Shown: positions 1 through 9,871 of the stretch, piece after piece | Position numbering within the stretch: position 1 is the stretch's first letter | How the letters are laid out: each line of letters opens with the position of its first letter | DNA from: Longivirga aurantiaca | Lineage (GTDB): Bacteria; Actinomycetota; Actinomycetes; S36-B12; CAIYMF01 | DNA: 32,000 nt | Reading direction: 5' to 3' | NCBI RefSeq assembly: GCF_042660085.1 | Contig: NZ_JBHSTI010000008.1 | Coordinates: 1,299,876-1,331,875 of the forward strand | Program-made: the position numbers and the translations under genes | The notes under the pieces: model-generated | The model's database searches: none | The model's input: the letters and a program-made list of their open reading frames with translations, nothing else | Told to the model about the DNA's origin: nothing

Positions 1-1
1 A

Positions 2-1990
2 CCGGGCATGTACATCGGGTCCACGGACGGCCGCGGCCTCATGCACTGCCTCTGGGAGATCATCGACAACGCGGTCGACGAGGCTCTGGCCGGCCACTGC
101 CACCTCATCGACGTCGTGCTGCACTCCGACGGCTCGGTCGAGGTCCGCGACGACGGTCGCGGCATCCCCGTCGACGTCGAGCCGAAGACCCGGCTCACCG
201 GTGTCGAGGTCGTCATGACCAAGCTGCACGCCGGCGGCAAGTTCGGCGGCGGGTCGTACACCGCGTCGGGCGGCCTGCACGGCGTCGGCGCGTCGGTGGT
301 CAACGCGCTGTCCGAGCGCCTCGACATCGAGGTCGACCGCGACTCCAAGATCCACACCATGTCGTTCAAGCGCGGCGTGCCGGGCCTGTTCGAGGGCGAC
401 GGCCCCGACGCCGAGTTCACGAAGAAGTCCGGCCTCGTGATCGCCGGGAAGGCAAAGAAGGGTGTCACTGGCACCCGGGTGCGCTACTGGGCCGACCGGC
501 AGATCTTCACCAAGGACGCCGAGTTCGACGTCGAGGCCCTGCGGGCCCGGGCGCGCCAGACCGCGTTCCTCGTGCCCGGGCTCACCCTGGTCATCCGTGA
601 CGAGCGCACCGACGAGGTGTCCGAGGAGACCTACGTCTTCAAGGGCGGCATCACGGAGTACGTCGAGTTCCTGTCGCAGGACGAGGCGGTCACCGGTGTG
701 CTGCGCCTCAAGGGCGCCGGGCACTTCAAGGAGACCGTGCCGGTGCTCGACGGCAAGGGGCACATGTCGTCGCAGGAGGTCGAGCGCGAGCTCGGCGTCG
801 ACGTCGCCATGCGCTGGGGCACCGGGTACGACACCGACGTCCGCAGCTACGTCAACATCATCGCGACGCCCAAGGGCGGCACGCACGTGAGCGGCTTCGA
901 CCGCGCGCTCACCAAGACGGTCAACGACGTCCTGCGCGGCCAGAAGGTGCTCAAGGCGTCCGAGGACAACGTGACCAAGGAGGACATCGCCGAGGGCCTC
1001 ACCGCCATCGTGACGGTGCGCCTCGCCGAGCCGCAGTTCGAGGGCCAGACCAAGGAGGTCCTCGGCACACCGGCGGCCACCCGCATCGTGTCCCACGTCG
1101 TGGCCAAGGAGCTCACCGCCTGGTTCACCTCGCCGCCGCGCGGCGACAAGGCCGCCACCAAGGCGGTGCTCGACAAGATCGCCAACGCCTCCCGTGCCCG
1201 GATCGCCGCTCGCACCCACCGCGACGTGCAGCGCCGCAAGAACGCGCTCGAGTCCTCCGCGCTGCCCGCGAAGCTGGCCGACTGCCGCAGCGACGACGTC
1301 GAGCGCAGCGAGCTGTTCATCGTCGAGGGCGACTCCGCGCTCGGCACCGCCAAGCTCGCGCGCAGCGCCGAGTACCAGGCGCTGCTTCCGATCCGCGGCA
1401 AGATCCTGAACACCCAGAAGGCGTCCGTCGCCGACATGCTGAAGAACACCGAGTGCGCCGCGATCATCCAGGTGATCGGCGCGGGCTCCGGCCGCACGTT
1501 CGACCTCGCCCAGGCGCGCTACGGCAAGGTGATCGTGATGTCCGACGCCGACGTCGACGGCGCCCACATCCGCTGCCTGCTGCTCACGCTCGTGCACCGC
1601 TACATGCGGCCGCTGCTCGAGGATGGCCGCGTCTACGCCGCAGTCCCGCCGCTGCACCGGTTCGAGATCACCAACCCGGGCACGAAGAAGAACGACGTCG
1701 TCTACACGTACTCCGAGGAGGAGTACCGCGCGATGCTCGCCGACCTCACGTCCAAGGGCCGGTCGTTCAAGACGCCGCAGCGCTACAAGGGCCTCGGCGA
1801 GATGGACGCCTCGCAGCTGCGTGAGACCACCATGGACCCCGCGTCGCGCACCCTGCGCCGCATCACCATCTCGGAGACCGACGCCGCGCTCGAGGTCTTC
1901 GACCTCCTCATGGGCACGGACGTCGCCCCGCGCAAGGAGTTCATCGTCGAGGGCGCGCAGAGCCTCGACCGGGCACGCATCGACGCCTGA
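2..1990 (+). CDS. parE: DNA topoisomerase IV / gyrase subunit B (ParE-like), 5' truncated by window edge
   Basis: Frame is open from base 2 and reads PG-MYIGSTDGRGLMHCLWEIIDNAVDEAL (GHKL ATPase N-terminus, RPGMYIGS context cut off), GRGIPVD, GGKFGGG/GGLHGVGASVVNALS, Toprim VEGDSALGTAK, IRGKILN, QRYKGLGEMD. Stop TGA at 1988-1990. ParE rather than GyrB is inferred from the separate parC-like partner in the window. Confidence 0.93.
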   Translation, partial: PGMYIGSTDGRGLMHCLWEIIDNAVDEALAGHCHLIDVVLHSDGSVEVRDDGRGIPVDVEPKTRLTGVEVVMTKLHAGGKFGGGSYTASGGLHGVGASVVNALSERLDIEVDRDSKIHTMSFKRGVPGLFEGDGPDAEFTKKSGLVIAGKAKKGVTGTRVRYWADRQIFTKDAEFDVEALRARARQTAFLVPGLTLVIRDERTDEVSEETYVFKGGITEYVEFLSQDEAVTGVLRLKGAGHFKETVPVLDGKGHMSSQEVERELGVDVAMRWGTGYDTDVRSYVNIIATPKGGTHVSGFDRALTKTVNDVLRGQKVLKASEDNVTKEDIAEGLTAIVTVRLAEPQFEGQTKEVLGTPAATRIVSHVVAKELTAWFTSPPRGDKAATKAVLDKIANASRARIAARTHRDVQRRKNALESSALPAKLADCRSDDVERSELFIVEGDSALGTAKLARSAEYQALLPIRGKILNTQKASVADMLKNTECAAIIQVIGAGSGRTFDLAQARYGKVIVMSDADVDGAHIRCLLLTLVHRYMRPLLEDGRVYAAVPPLHRFEITNPGTKKNDVVYTYSEEEYRAMLADLTSKGRSFKTPQRYKGLGEMDASQLRETTMDPASRTLRRITISETDAALEVFDLLMGTDVAPRKEFIVEGAQSLDRARIDA

Positions 1991-2030
1991 GCCTGGACAG
2001 GCGCGGGCGGCTCGGTGCCCACGGTCCGCC

Positions 2031-2900
2031 TCAGCGTGAGTCGATGTCGCGACGCCGGTAGACCGCGACGGCGGCACCGGTGAGCACGAGCGCCACCGAA
2101 GCCAGGAGCAGGGCGTCCAGCACGGCGAACCCCGACGTCAGCGGATCCGAGCGCAGGGCCCAGGCGAAGGGCGAGGCGTCCTGCCAGGGCTCCAGCCAGT
2201 CGGCCATGGGGGCGAGCGCATCGACGAGGAAAGCCGTGAGGGCGAGACCGATCCCGCCGCCGAGCACCGCTGCCCGATGGCCTGTGAGCGCGCCGAGCAC
2301 CAGACCGGCCGCCCCGACGAGCAGGGCCAGCAGCGTCACCATGGCGCACCCGGCAAGGATGCCGGCGGTGGACACGTCGAGGTCGACGAGTGGAGCGCCC
2401 ACGGCCACCGTGACTGCGGCGACAGCGGCGACGGCCACGACGGAGACGACCATCGCCAGGGCCTTGGCGAGCAGCACCGTGGTGCGGGCGACGGGGAGCG
2501 CAAGGAGCAGGTCCGCCGTGCCGCGCTCCTCCTCGGCGGCGGTCGCCGCGGCGGCGCTGCCGAGGGCGACGGCGACGAGCACGAGGGGCACGATCATGCT
2601 GAACAGCTCGGCGTTGAGGAACCCCGGACCGGTCGTGTAGGCGTCGAGGTCGAAGGCGGCACGGAAGGCCTCGGGCCACGCATCGAGCATCTGCTGCCAG
2701 CCGGCGGCGGTCGTGGCGATCGAGGGATAGACGGCGAGCTGCACGGCCGTGATGGCCGCAACTCCGACGGACCAGACGACAAGGGAGCGCGAGCGCTCGG
2801 CGAGGGCGCGCTGGGCGATCAGCAGCGCCTGGCGGCCCGGCCCGGGCGCGGGGGCGACCAGCTGCTCGGCCGTCGACGTGAGCGCCTCACGCGTCGACAT
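2031..2900 (-). CDS. ABC-2-type transporter permease
   Basis: Multiple hydrophobic helices (SLVVWSVGVAAITAVQLAVY, LFSMIVPLVLVAVALGSAAAATAAEEERGTADLLLALPVARTTVLLAKALAMVV). Start MSTREAL at 2900 is preceded by GGGAGGTG RBS. The ORF-track start at 3062 extends into the upstream gene. Confidence 0.85.
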   Translation of the reverse strand: MSTREALTSTAEQLVAPAPGPGRQALLIAQRALAERSRSLVVWSVGVAAITAVQLAVYPSIATTAAGWQQMLDAWPEAFRAAFDLDAYTTGPGFLNAELFSMIVPLVLVAVALGSAAAATAAEEERGTADLLLALPVARTTVLLAKALAMVVSVVAVAAVAAVTVAVGAPLVDLDVSTAGILAGCAMVTLLALLVGAAGLVLGALTGHRAAVLGGGIGLALTAFLVDALAPMADWLEPWQDASPFAWALRSDPLTSGFAVLDALLLASVALVLTGAAVAVYRRRDIDSR

Positions 2901-3822
2901 GATCGGCACCTCCCAGGTATCCGAAGAAGGCGTCCTCGAGATCGGGGTCGTGGGTGTGCACGTCCACGAGGCCGTACGCCGAGGCCGCGCTGACGAGGCC
3001 GCCGACGGGCCCGACCACGGTGCACACGGCCGTACGGCCGTGCACCCGGACCTCGCGCACACCCGGTGCCGAGGACAGGGCGGGCGGGGGGTCGCAGGCG
3101 AAGTCGAGCTCCACCTGCTTGGTGGCCTTCTCCCGCAGCCCGTCGACCGTGTCGACCACGACGAGGCGGCCCCGATCCATGATCGCTACCCGGTCGGCGA
3201 GGTGCTGCACCTCGGCGAGGACGTGGGACGAGAGCAGGACCGTCGCACCCTGGTCCTGCGACTCGCGCACCAGGGCCTGGAACTCCTGCTGCACGAGCGG
3301 GTCGAGGCCCGAGGTCGGCTCGTCCAGGACGAGCAGCCGGGGGCGGTGCAGGAAGGCCTGCACGACGCCGACCTTCTGCCTGTTCCCGCGTGAGAGCTCG
3401 CGGACCCGGCGGTCGAGGTCGAGGTCGAGACGCTCGGCGAGCGCGCGCATGCGGCCGCGGTCGAGGCCGCCGCGCAGCCGCGCGAGGTGTTCGAGGAGGG
3501 CGGCGGCCGTCATCCGGTCGTACAGGGCCAGGTCGCCGGGCAGGTAGCCGGTGCTGCGGCGGATCTCCACGCCGCGGGAGAGAGGCAGCCCGAGGACCTC
3601 GGCCGAGCCTGACGTGGGGCGGATGAGACCGAGCAGGGTGCGGATCGTGGTGGTCTTTCCGGCGCCGTTGGGTCCGAGCAGGCCGTACACCTCGCCCTCG
3701 TCGACCTCGAGGTCGAGGTGGACGACGCCGACGTGCCGTCCGTAGAACTTGGACAGCGCCGACGTGCGGACCGCGGGTCCGCGGCCGGTACCCATACGGC
3801 AATTCTCCGCCCCCGCGATCAC
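2887..3822 (-). CDS. ABC transporter ATP-binding protein
   Basis: Walker A GPNGAGKTTT, signature-like LSRGNRQKV, Walker B LLVLDEPTSGLDP, H-loop SSHVL. Overlaps the permease start by 14 nt. The start may be the internal Met at 3795. Confidence 0.92.
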   Translation of the reverse strand: MIAGAENCRMGTGRGPAVRTSALSKFYGRHVGVVHLDLEVDEGEVYGLLGPNGAGKTTTIRTLLGLIRPTSGSAEVLGLPLSRGVEIRRSTGYLPGDLALYDRMTAAALLEHLARLRGGLDRGRMRALAERLDLDLDRRVRELSRGNRQKVGVVQAFLHRPRLLVLDEPTSGLDPLVQQEFQALVRESQDQGATVLLSSHVLAEVQHLADRVAIMDRGRLVVVDTVDGLREKATKQVELDFACDPPPALSSAPGVREVRVHGRTAVCTVVGPVGGLVSAASAYGLVDVHTHDPDLEDAFFGYLGGADHVDA

Positions 3823-3840
3823 TGATGCGCGGCGGCTCGA

Positions 3841-4872
3841 TCAGCTCAGCATGTCGCGCACGAGCGGCATGACCTTCGTGCCGTACAGCTCGATGCTGCG
3901 CATGAGGTGCTGGTGCGGCAGCGGGCCGGACGAGTACTTCATGTCGAACCGGCTCAGGCCCAGCAGGCGCACGGTGGCCGCGATCTTCGTGGCGACCGTC
4001 TCGGGCGCTCCGACGTACAGCGCGCCCTGGGGCCCGGCCTGCGCCTCGAACTGGGCGCGGTTGGTCGGGCCCCAGCCCCGCTCGGCGCCGATGCGGTCGT
4101 GCATGGCCTTGTAGTGCGGCCAGATCTGCTCGCGCGCCTGCTCGTCGGAGTCGGCCACGTGGCCGGGGGAGTGCACGGCGATCGGCAGCTCGGGACGGCC
4201 GAGCTCGGCGAGCGCCCGGCGGTAGAGGTCGGCGAAGGGCACGAACCGCTCGGCCGGGCCGCCGATGATCGCGAGCACCAGCGGGAGGTCGTACCGCGCC
4301 GCGCGGACGACCGACTCGGGGCTGCCGCCCACGCCGATCCACGCGCGCAGGCCGTTCTCGGTGGTGGGGTAGACGCGCTGATCGGTCAACGGCGGGCGGG
4401 TGCTGCCGGACCAGGTCACCGGCTGCTCGGCGAGCAGCCGGGCGAAGAGGTCGAGCTTGTCGCTGAACAGCTCCTCGTACTCCCCGAGGTCGAAGCCGAA
4501 GAGGGGGAACGACTCGATGAACGAGCCACGGCCCAGGATCACCTCGGCGCGGCCGTGAGAGATGGCGTCGAGGGTGGCGAACCGCTGGAAGACGCGGATC
4601 GGGTCGTCGCTCGAGAGCACCGTGACCGCCGAGCCGAGCCGGATGCGCTGCGTCCGGGCGGCGATGGCCGTGAGCACGACGTCGGGCGCGCTGACCGCGA
4701 AGTCGGGGCGGTGGTGCTCGCCGACGCCGATGAAGTCGATGCCCACCTCGTCGGCGAGAACCCCCTCCTCGACGACGTCGCGGATCACCTGCGGCAGGGG
4801 CACGTACGTGCCGTCCTCGCGCACGGTGGTGTCACCGAAGGTGTCGATGCCGAGCTCGACCACGTCGCTCAT
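3841..4872 (-). CDS. LLM-class (luciferase-like) flavin-dependent oxidoreductase
   Basis: MSDVVELGIDTFGD...EVGIDFIGVGEHHRPDFAVSAPDVVLTAIAARTQRIRLGSAVTVLSSDDPIRVFQRFATLDAISHGRAEVILGRGSF, typical bacterial luciferase-like fold motifs. Start ATG set at 4872, trimmed from the ORF-track start at 4935. Confidence 0.88.
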   Translation of the reverse strand: MSDVVELGIDTFGDTTVREDGTYVPLPQVIRDVVEEGVLADEVGIDFIGVGEHHRPDFAVSAPDVVLTAIAARTQRIRLGSAVTVLSSDDPIRVFQRFATLDAISHGRAEVILGRGSFIESFPLFGFDLGEYEELFSDKLDLFARLLAEQPVTWSGSTRPPLTDQRVYPTTENGLRAWIGVGGSPESVVRAARYDLPLVLAIIGGPAERFVPFADLYRRALAELGRPELPIAVHSPGHVADSDEQAREQIWPHYKAMHDRIGAERGWGPTNRAQFEAQAGPQGALYVGAPETVATKIAATVRLLGLSRFDMKYSSGPLPHQHLMRSIELYGTKVMPLVRDMLS

Positions 4873-4959
4873 CGTCGTCCTGTCCGATCGTGTGCACGGA
4901 ACGTCCCGCGCGCTCTCGGAGGCAACGTCCGGCACCCCGGTTTCATGCCCGTCGCGGGC

Positions 4960-5595
4960 TCAGAGCCCGAGCAGGGCCCGCAGTCCCGCGACCGAGGCGG
5001 CTGGGTCGGTGGTGTCGAACCGGAACGCCTGCAGGCCGGCGGCACGGGCGCCCTCGACGTTCGCGGTGAGGTCGTCCACGAACAGCACCCGCGAGGCCTC
5101 GGCGCCGAGCAGGTCGACCGCAGCCGCGTACGACGCGGGATCGGGCTTGCGGACGCCGATGTCGAGGGAGTCGACGATGCGCTCGAAGTAGTGGGCGTAC
5201 TCCCAGGACGCCTTCCAGCCCTCGCCGAGGAACTTGGTGGCGTCGTTGGTGAGCACGGCCTGCCGGTACCGGCTCGGGATGTCGGCGAGCAGCCCGACCA
5301 CGACCGGTCGGCCCTTTCCCTCCCAGCCGAGCTCGCGGAGCGCGTCGTACAGGTGCAGCCCGGGGACGGTCTCGCGGGCGAGCGCCTCGATGTCGCGCCA
5401 GTACTCGGGCTCGTCCCGCTCGCCGCTGTCGACGCGGTCGTACTCGGCGTCGCCCTCGGGCACGAACGGCCCTCGGGGAAGGGTGCCCTCGGGCATGCCG
5501 GTGCGCTCCTCGAGCTCGCCGAACCGCTCGAACGGGCTCTGGTACAGCACCTGCCCGATGTCCCACAGCACCACGTCGATCTCGCTCACGGCCAC
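4960..5595 (-). CDS. HAD-superfamily hydrolase (HAD-IA-like), 211 aa
   Basis: MAVSEIDVVLWDIGQVLYQSPFERF (motif I), LTNDATKFLGEGW (motif II), KPDPASYAAAVDLLG (motif III), VLFVDDLTANVEGARAAGLQAFRFD (motif IV). Confidence 0.85.
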   Translation of the reverse strand: MAVSEIDVVLWDIGQVLYQSPFERFGELEERTGMPEGTLPRGPFVPEGDAEYDRVDSGERDEPEYWRDIEALARETVPGLHLYDALRELGWEGKGRPVVVGLLADIPSRYRQAVLTNDATKFLGEGWKASWEYAHYFERIVDSLDIGVRKPDPASYAAAVDLLGAEASRVLFVDDLTANVEGARAAGLQAFRFDTTDPAASVAGLRALLGL

Positions 5596-5653
5596 TCCCT
5601 CTCGATGTCACCCGCACAGGACGAAAGACGCCCTCCAGGGGCGTGTTCCTTCC

Positions 5654-6022
5654 TCAACCACGCCCCGCGCGCGCAGACGCGAGCAGGATCTCGCGCAGGC
5701 TCGGCTGCGCGACCGGCTCCGGCAGGTCGACCTCGACGACGTCGCCGACCAGGCGGGCGGGGTACGCCGGCAGCCCTTCGCCCTCGCGGTCGTGCCGCGC
5801 GCCGGTGCGCAGGTCGTACTGGAACAGGTGCGACGGGCATGTGACCACGCCGTCGCGGATCACGCCGGTCGCCAGCGATGCCTGGCGGTGGCGGCACGCG
5901 TCCTCCACGGCGTACGGCGTCCCCTCGACGAGCGCCACGAGCACCGGGCACGCCTCGGTCTCGACGCGCAGGCGGCCGTGCCGCTCGACGTCGGCCAGCG
6001 GCACGGTGAGGGTGCGGGTCAC
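5654..6022 (-). CDS. Rieske [2Fe-2S] ferredoxin-like protein
   Basis: 122 aa with Rieske motifs CRH...CPSH (EDACRHRQASLATGVIRDGVVTCPSHLFQYDLRTG), in the leftward catabolic gene run. Confidence 0.88.
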   Translation of the reverse strand: MTRTLTVPLADVERHGRLRVETEACPVLVALVEGTPYAVEDACRHRQASLATGVIRDGVVTCPSHLFQYDLRTGARHDREGEGLPAYPARLVGDVVEVDLPEPVAQPSLREILLASARAGRG

Positions 6023-6091
6023 GGCGGCTCCTCGGGGAGGAAAGGGCAGAACCTGCCCGTCACGGGCGCTGTCCGTCCTGGGCGGGTGAGA

Positions 6092-6316
6092 TCAGGCAGG
6101 GGGAGGGGAGGCGGCGTTGGGGTCGGTGCCGCGGACGGTGGCGAAGGGCTCGCCGCCGATGCCCCACTCGTCGGCGGTGATCTCGTAGATCGCGACGCGG
6201 ATGCGGTCCTTCGGCGTGCCGACCGCCTCGTGCATGGCGTCGGTGAGCTTCGCGATGAGGGCGTGCTTCTGCTCGACGGTGCGGCCCTGCACCATCGTCA
6301 CCTGGATCAGCGGCAT
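6092..6316 (-). CDS. 4-oxalocrotonate tautomerase family protein
   Basis: 74 aa MPLIQVTMVQGRTVEQKHALIAKLTDAMHEAVGTPKDRIRVAIYEI with catalytic Pro after Met and conserved GR and EQK. CAT at 6314-6316 and TCA at 6092-6094 on the + strand show the gene lies on the MINUS strand, although the ORF track says +. Confidence 0.92.
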   Translation of the reverse strand: MPLIQVTMVQGRTVEQKHALIAKLTDAMHEAVGTPKDRIRVAIYEITADEWGIGGEPFATVRGTDPNAASPPPA

Positions 6317-6326
6317 GACTGTCTCC

Positions 6327-7103
6327 TCACCGGAACGCGATCTCCACCGACCCGAGGCGGTCGAACGAGGCGACGACGCTGTCGCCGGGGGCGACCGGGA
6401 TCGCCTCGGTCATCCCGCCGGCCATCACGACCTGCCCGGCCTGCAGGCCCATGCCGCGGGCGGCGAGCGCCCGCACCAGCCAGGCCACGGCGGCGGCAGG
6501 GTGCCCCATCACCGACGCGCCTGCAGCGGTCGAGACGAGCTCGCCGTTCTTCTGCAGGACGCACCCGGTCAGGCGCAGGTCGATGCCGTACGGGTCCAGC
6601 GGCGTTCCGCCGAGCACGAACCCGGCCGACGACGCGTTGTCGGCGACGACGTCGTTGAAGGTGAACGCGTACCCGGCGTACCGGGAGTCGAGGATGTCGA
6701 TCGCCCCGAACACCGCCTCGGTGGCCGCCAGCACGTGCGTGGCCGCGACGTGCGGGCCCTCGAGGTCGCGTCCGAGCAGGAACGCGATCTCGGGCTCCAC
6801 CCGTGGCTGGATGTAGTCCGCGCAGCGCACCGTCTGACCGGCGTCGACCTGCATGTCGCTGGTCAGCCACCCGTACAGCGGCCGGTCCACCTTCATCTGC
6901 GTCATCTTCGCCTTGCTCGTCAGCCCGAGCTTGGCGCCCATGAGCGGGTTGCCCGCCTCGATCCGCGCCCGGACCACCGCGTCCTGCACCTGCAGCGCCG
7001 TGGCCTCGTCGAGGTCGCGCGTGTCGGTGAACGGGGTCGTCGCCGTGCGAGTCCGCACGGCCTCCAGCAGCGTCCCGACGAAGGACTCGATCTCGTCGCT
7101 CAT
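6327..7103 (-). CDS. Hydratase/decarboxylase-family enzyme, probably 2-oxo-3-hexenedioate (4-oxalocrotonate) decarboxylase
   Basis: 258 aa. Family motifs LGLTSKAKMTQMKVDRPLYGWL, IQPRVEPEIAFLLGRDL. The SKAKM.QM...PLYG pattern is closer to the XylI/DmpH type as recalled, and the gene is adjacent to 4-OT. Overlaps the aldolase gene by ATGA (7100-7103). Confidence 0.8.
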   Translation of the reverse strand: MSDEIESFVGTLLEAVRTRTATTPFTDTRDLDEATALQVQDAVVRARIEAGNPLMGAKLGLTSKAKMTQMKVDRPLYGWLTSDMQVDAGQTVRCADYIQPRVEPEIAFLLGRDLEGPHVAATHVLAATEAVFGAIDILDSRYAGYAFTFNDVVADNASSAGFVLGGTPLDPYGIDLRLTGCVLQKNGELVSTAAGASVMGHPAAAVAWLVRALAARGMGLQAGQVVMAGGMTEAIPVAPGDSVVASFDRLGSVEIAFR

Positions 7104-8170
7104 GCGGTCCTCCCCTCGGCCTCGGCGTGCTTGCGGGCGAGCTCGACGGCGACGTCGATGATCATGTCCTCCTGGCCGCCGACCACCTTGCGCCTGCCCA
7201 GCTCGAGCAGGATCTCGGCCTGAGGGACGCCGTACCGCTCGGCGGCGCGCTCGGCGTGCAGCAGGAACGAGCCGTACACGCCGGCGTAGCCGAGCAGCAG
7301 GCCCGCGCGGTCGACCACCTGCTGGCGCGGCATGAGCGGCCGGGTGACCTCCTCGGCCAGGTCCATGAGCATGAGCGGGTTCACGCCGCTCACGATCCCG
7401 TTCTTCTCGCAGACCGCGGCCAGGATCTCGGTGGGGCAGTTGCCGGCGCCCGCGCCGAGCCCGGCGCTCGTTCCGTCGAGGTTGCGCGCGCCCTCCTCGT
7501 ACGCCGCGATCGAGTTCGCGACCGCGAGGGAGAGGTTCTGGTGCGCGTGCACGCCGAGCGGGACGTCGATGCCGCCCACGATCTCGGCCACGCGTGCGCG
7601 CACCTCGTTGGTGGTCATCGCGCCGGCCGAGTCGGCGATGTAGACCGTGTCGGCGCCGTAGCCCTCGAGCAGCTTCGCCTGCTGCAGGAGGCCCTGCGGC
7701 GTGTTCATGTGGCTCATCATCAGGAAGCCGATGGCCTCCATCCCGAGCTCCTTGGCGATCTTGATGTGCTGCTCGGTGATGTCGGCCTCGGTGCAGTGCA
7801 CCGCGATGCGGACGACGTTGACGCCGAGGTCGCGCACCCGCCGCAGCTCGTCCACCGTGCCGATGCCGGGCACGAGCAGCACGGCGATGTCGGCGTTGGT
7901 CGTGGCGTTGACGGCCGCCTCGACAAGCTTCATCTCGTCGACCTTGCTGAAGCCGTAGTTGAACGACGAGCCGCCGAGGCCGTCGCCGTGCGTCACCTCG
8001 ATCACCTGCACGCCGGCGGCGTCGAGGCCCTTGACGACCGCGACAACCTGGTCCTCGGTGTACTGGTGCGAGATGGCGTGCGAGCCGTCGCGCAGGGTCG
8101 AGTCGATGAGGCGGAAGTCGCGCTTCACCTCGGTGCCCGTGGGCGAGTCCGTGTCGATTACGGCGGTCAC
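7100..8170 (-). CDS. 4-hydroxy-2-oxovalerate aldolase
   Basis: 356 aa; [89 protein letters not shown] (DmpG/MhpE/HsaF family). Confidence 0.95.
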   Translation of the reverse strand: MTAVIDTDSPTGTEVKRDFRLIDSTLRDGSHAISHQYTEDQVVAVVKGLDAAGVQVIEVTHGDGLGGSSFNYGFSKVDEMKLVEAAVNATTNADIAVLLVPGIGTVDELRRVRDLGVNVVRIAVHCTEADITEQHIKIAKELGMEAIGFLMMSHMNTPQGLLQQAKLLEGYGADTVYIADSAGAMTTNEVRARVAEIVGGIDVPLGVHAHQNLSLAVANSIAAYEEGARNLDGTSAGLGAGAGNCPTEILAAVCEKNGIVSGVNPLMLMDLAEEVTRPLMPRQQVVDRAGLLLGYAGVYGSFLLHAERAAERYGVPQAEILLELGRRKVVGGQEDMIIDVAVELARKHAEAEGRTA

Positions 8171-9072
8171 GCCGAGACCTCCTGGTGCGTGGCGATTGCC
8201 TCGCCGACCCGGACCGCGGCAGCGGTCATGATGTCGAGGTTGCCGGCGTACGTCGGCAGGTAGTCGCCGGCGCCCTCCACCTCGAGGAGGACGACCGACC
8301 GGAACGGCACGACGCCGCCCGGGGTGTTGAAGGGGCCCTCCTCGATGAGGGGCGGGGACTTGAGGCGGTAGCCCGGCACGTACTTCGCGACGTCGGCCAC
8401 CATCTGCACGATCGACTCGACCACGGCGTCGTGGTCGGTGCCGTCCGGCAGGGCGCAGAACACGGTGTTGCGCATCAGGATCGGCGGCTCGGCCGGGTTG
8501 AGCACGATGATGGCCTTGCCGATCTCGGCGCCGCCCACCTCGACCAGGGCCTGGCGCGTGGTGCGGGTGAACTCGTCGATGTTGGCCCGGGTGCCCGGAC
8601 CGGCCGACTTCGAGGACACGGCCGACACCATCTCGGCGTACGGCACGCGCGTGACGCGGCTGACGGCGGCGACCATCGGGGTCGTCGCCTGGCCCCCGCA
8701 GGTGACCATGTTGACGTTGATCGCGTCGAGGTGCTCCTCGAGGTTGACCGCGGCGATGACCTTCGGCCCGCGGGCGGCCGGCGTGAGGTCGACCGCCCGG
8801 ATGCCGAGCTCCTCGAGCACCTTGGCGTGCCGCACGTGGGCGTAGGCGCTGGTCGCGTCGAAGACCATGCGCACGGCGTCCGGGTTCTCGCGCACCCAGT
8901 CGATGCCGTTGCTCGGCGCCTCGTAGCCGCGCTCGCGTGCCCGCGAGAGGCCGTCGCTCTCGGGGTCGATGCCGATGAGCGCCACGAGGTCGAGCGAGGG
9001 TGACCGCTCGAGCTTGTACATGAGGTCGGTGCCGATGTTGCCGGACCCGATGATGGCGACGGGGAGTCCCAC
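8167..9072 (-). CDS. Acetaldehyde dehydrogenase (acylating)
   Basis: [58 protein letters not shown] (catalytic Cys). Overlaps the aldolase start. GTG start proposed at 9072 behind AAGGGA; the ORF-track start at 9174 is too long. Confidence 0.94.
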   Translation of the reverse strand: MGLPVAIIGSGNIGTDLMYKLERSPSLDLVALIGIDPESDGLSRARERGYEAPSNGIDWVRENPDAVRMVFDATSAYAHVRHAKVLEELGIRAVDLTPAARGPKVIAAVNLEEHLDAINVNMVTCGGQATTPMVAAVSRVTRVPYAEMVSAVSSKSAGPGTRANIDEFTRTTRQALVEVGGAEIGKAIIVLNPAEPPILMRNTVFCALPDGTDHDAVVESIVQMVADVAKYVPGYRLKSPPLIEEGPFNTPGGVVPFRSVVLLEVEGAGDYLPTYAGNLDIMTAAAVRVGEAIATHQEVSA

Positions 9073-9082
9073 GATGATCCCT

Positions 9083-9871
9083 TCAGACGATCCGGACTGA
9101 GACCGAGCCGAGCCGGTCGAACTCGGCCCGGTACGTCTCGCGAGCGGCGACCGGGACGGCGGCGTGCAGCGCACCGGTCATGACGATCGAGCCTGCGGGC
9201 AGCGAGGCGCCGAACGGGTGGAGCGTGCGGACGAGCCAGGCGACGGCGGCCGCGGGGTTTCCCAGGGCTGCGGCGCCGGCACCGGTGGCGATGACCTCGC
9301 CGTCGCGGGTGAAGACCATGCCGAGCGTGCGCAGGTCGACGTCGGCCACGGGGGTCGAGCCCCCGCCGATCACGATCGCGCCGCTGCTCGCCATGTCCGA
9401 GACCGTGTCGACGAGCTTGATGCGCCAGTCGGCCACGCGGCTGTCGACGAGCTCGATCGAGGCGACGACGCCCTCGACCGCGCGCTGCACGTCCAGCGGG
9501 GTGCAGTCGGGCCCGGAGAGGTCGGCGCCCAGCACGAGGGCGATCTCCGCCTCCAGCTTCGGCGCGATGAAGTCCGTGAGAGGCACCGCGGCACCGTCGT
9601 CGAGGACGTGCGAGGCCATCACCGGCGCGAAGTCGGGGGAGTCGACGCCGAGCATCTGCTGCATCGGCTTGCTCGTGAGCCCGAGCTTGTAGCCGACGAC
9701 GCGGTCGCCGTCGTCGAGGTAGCGCCGCACGACGCCCTGCTGCACGAGGTAGGCGTCCTCGAGCGTCAGCGTCGGGTCGCCGTCGGTGAGCGGCGGCACC
9801 GGCACCCGCGTGCGGCGTGCCTCGTAGAGCGCGGCGGCGAGCTCGTCGGCGCGCTCGGACGTGAGGGTCAT
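9083..9871 (-). CDS. 2-keto-4-pentenoate hydratase family protein
   Basis: 262 aa; [57 protein letters not shown]. In the usual hydratase-dehydrogenase-aldolase order. Confidence 0.9.
   Translation of the reverse strand: MTLTSERADELAAALYEARRTRVPVPPLTDGDPTLTLEDAYLVQQGVVRRYLDDGDRVVGYKLGLTSKPMQQMLGVDSPDFAPVMASHVLDDGAAVPLTDFIAPKLEAEIALVLGADLSGPDCTPLDVQRAVEGVVASIELVDSRVADWRIKLVDTVSDMASSGAIVIGGGSTPVADVDLRTLGMVFTRDGEVIATGAGAAALGNPAAAVAWLVRTLHPFGASLPAGSIVMTGALHAAVPVAARETYRAEFDRLGSVSVRIV

Noticed and set aside
1991-2030. Possible terminator between convergent parE and the ABC permease gene
   Set aside because: Only short, imperfect GC pairing was found; not distinguishable from background in this GC-rich sequence.
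4960-5595. HAD motif I reads WDIGQ, lacking the canonical second Asp, so considered a dead enzyme or pseudogene
   Set aside because: D-x-G-variants occur in active YihX/HAD-IA-type proteins, and motifs II-IV are intact, so no pseudogene call was made.
3907-5844. 645-aa + strand ORF opposite the LLM and HAD genes
   Set aside because: No recognisable motifs and typical antisense GC-frame composition; the minus-strand genes are well supported.
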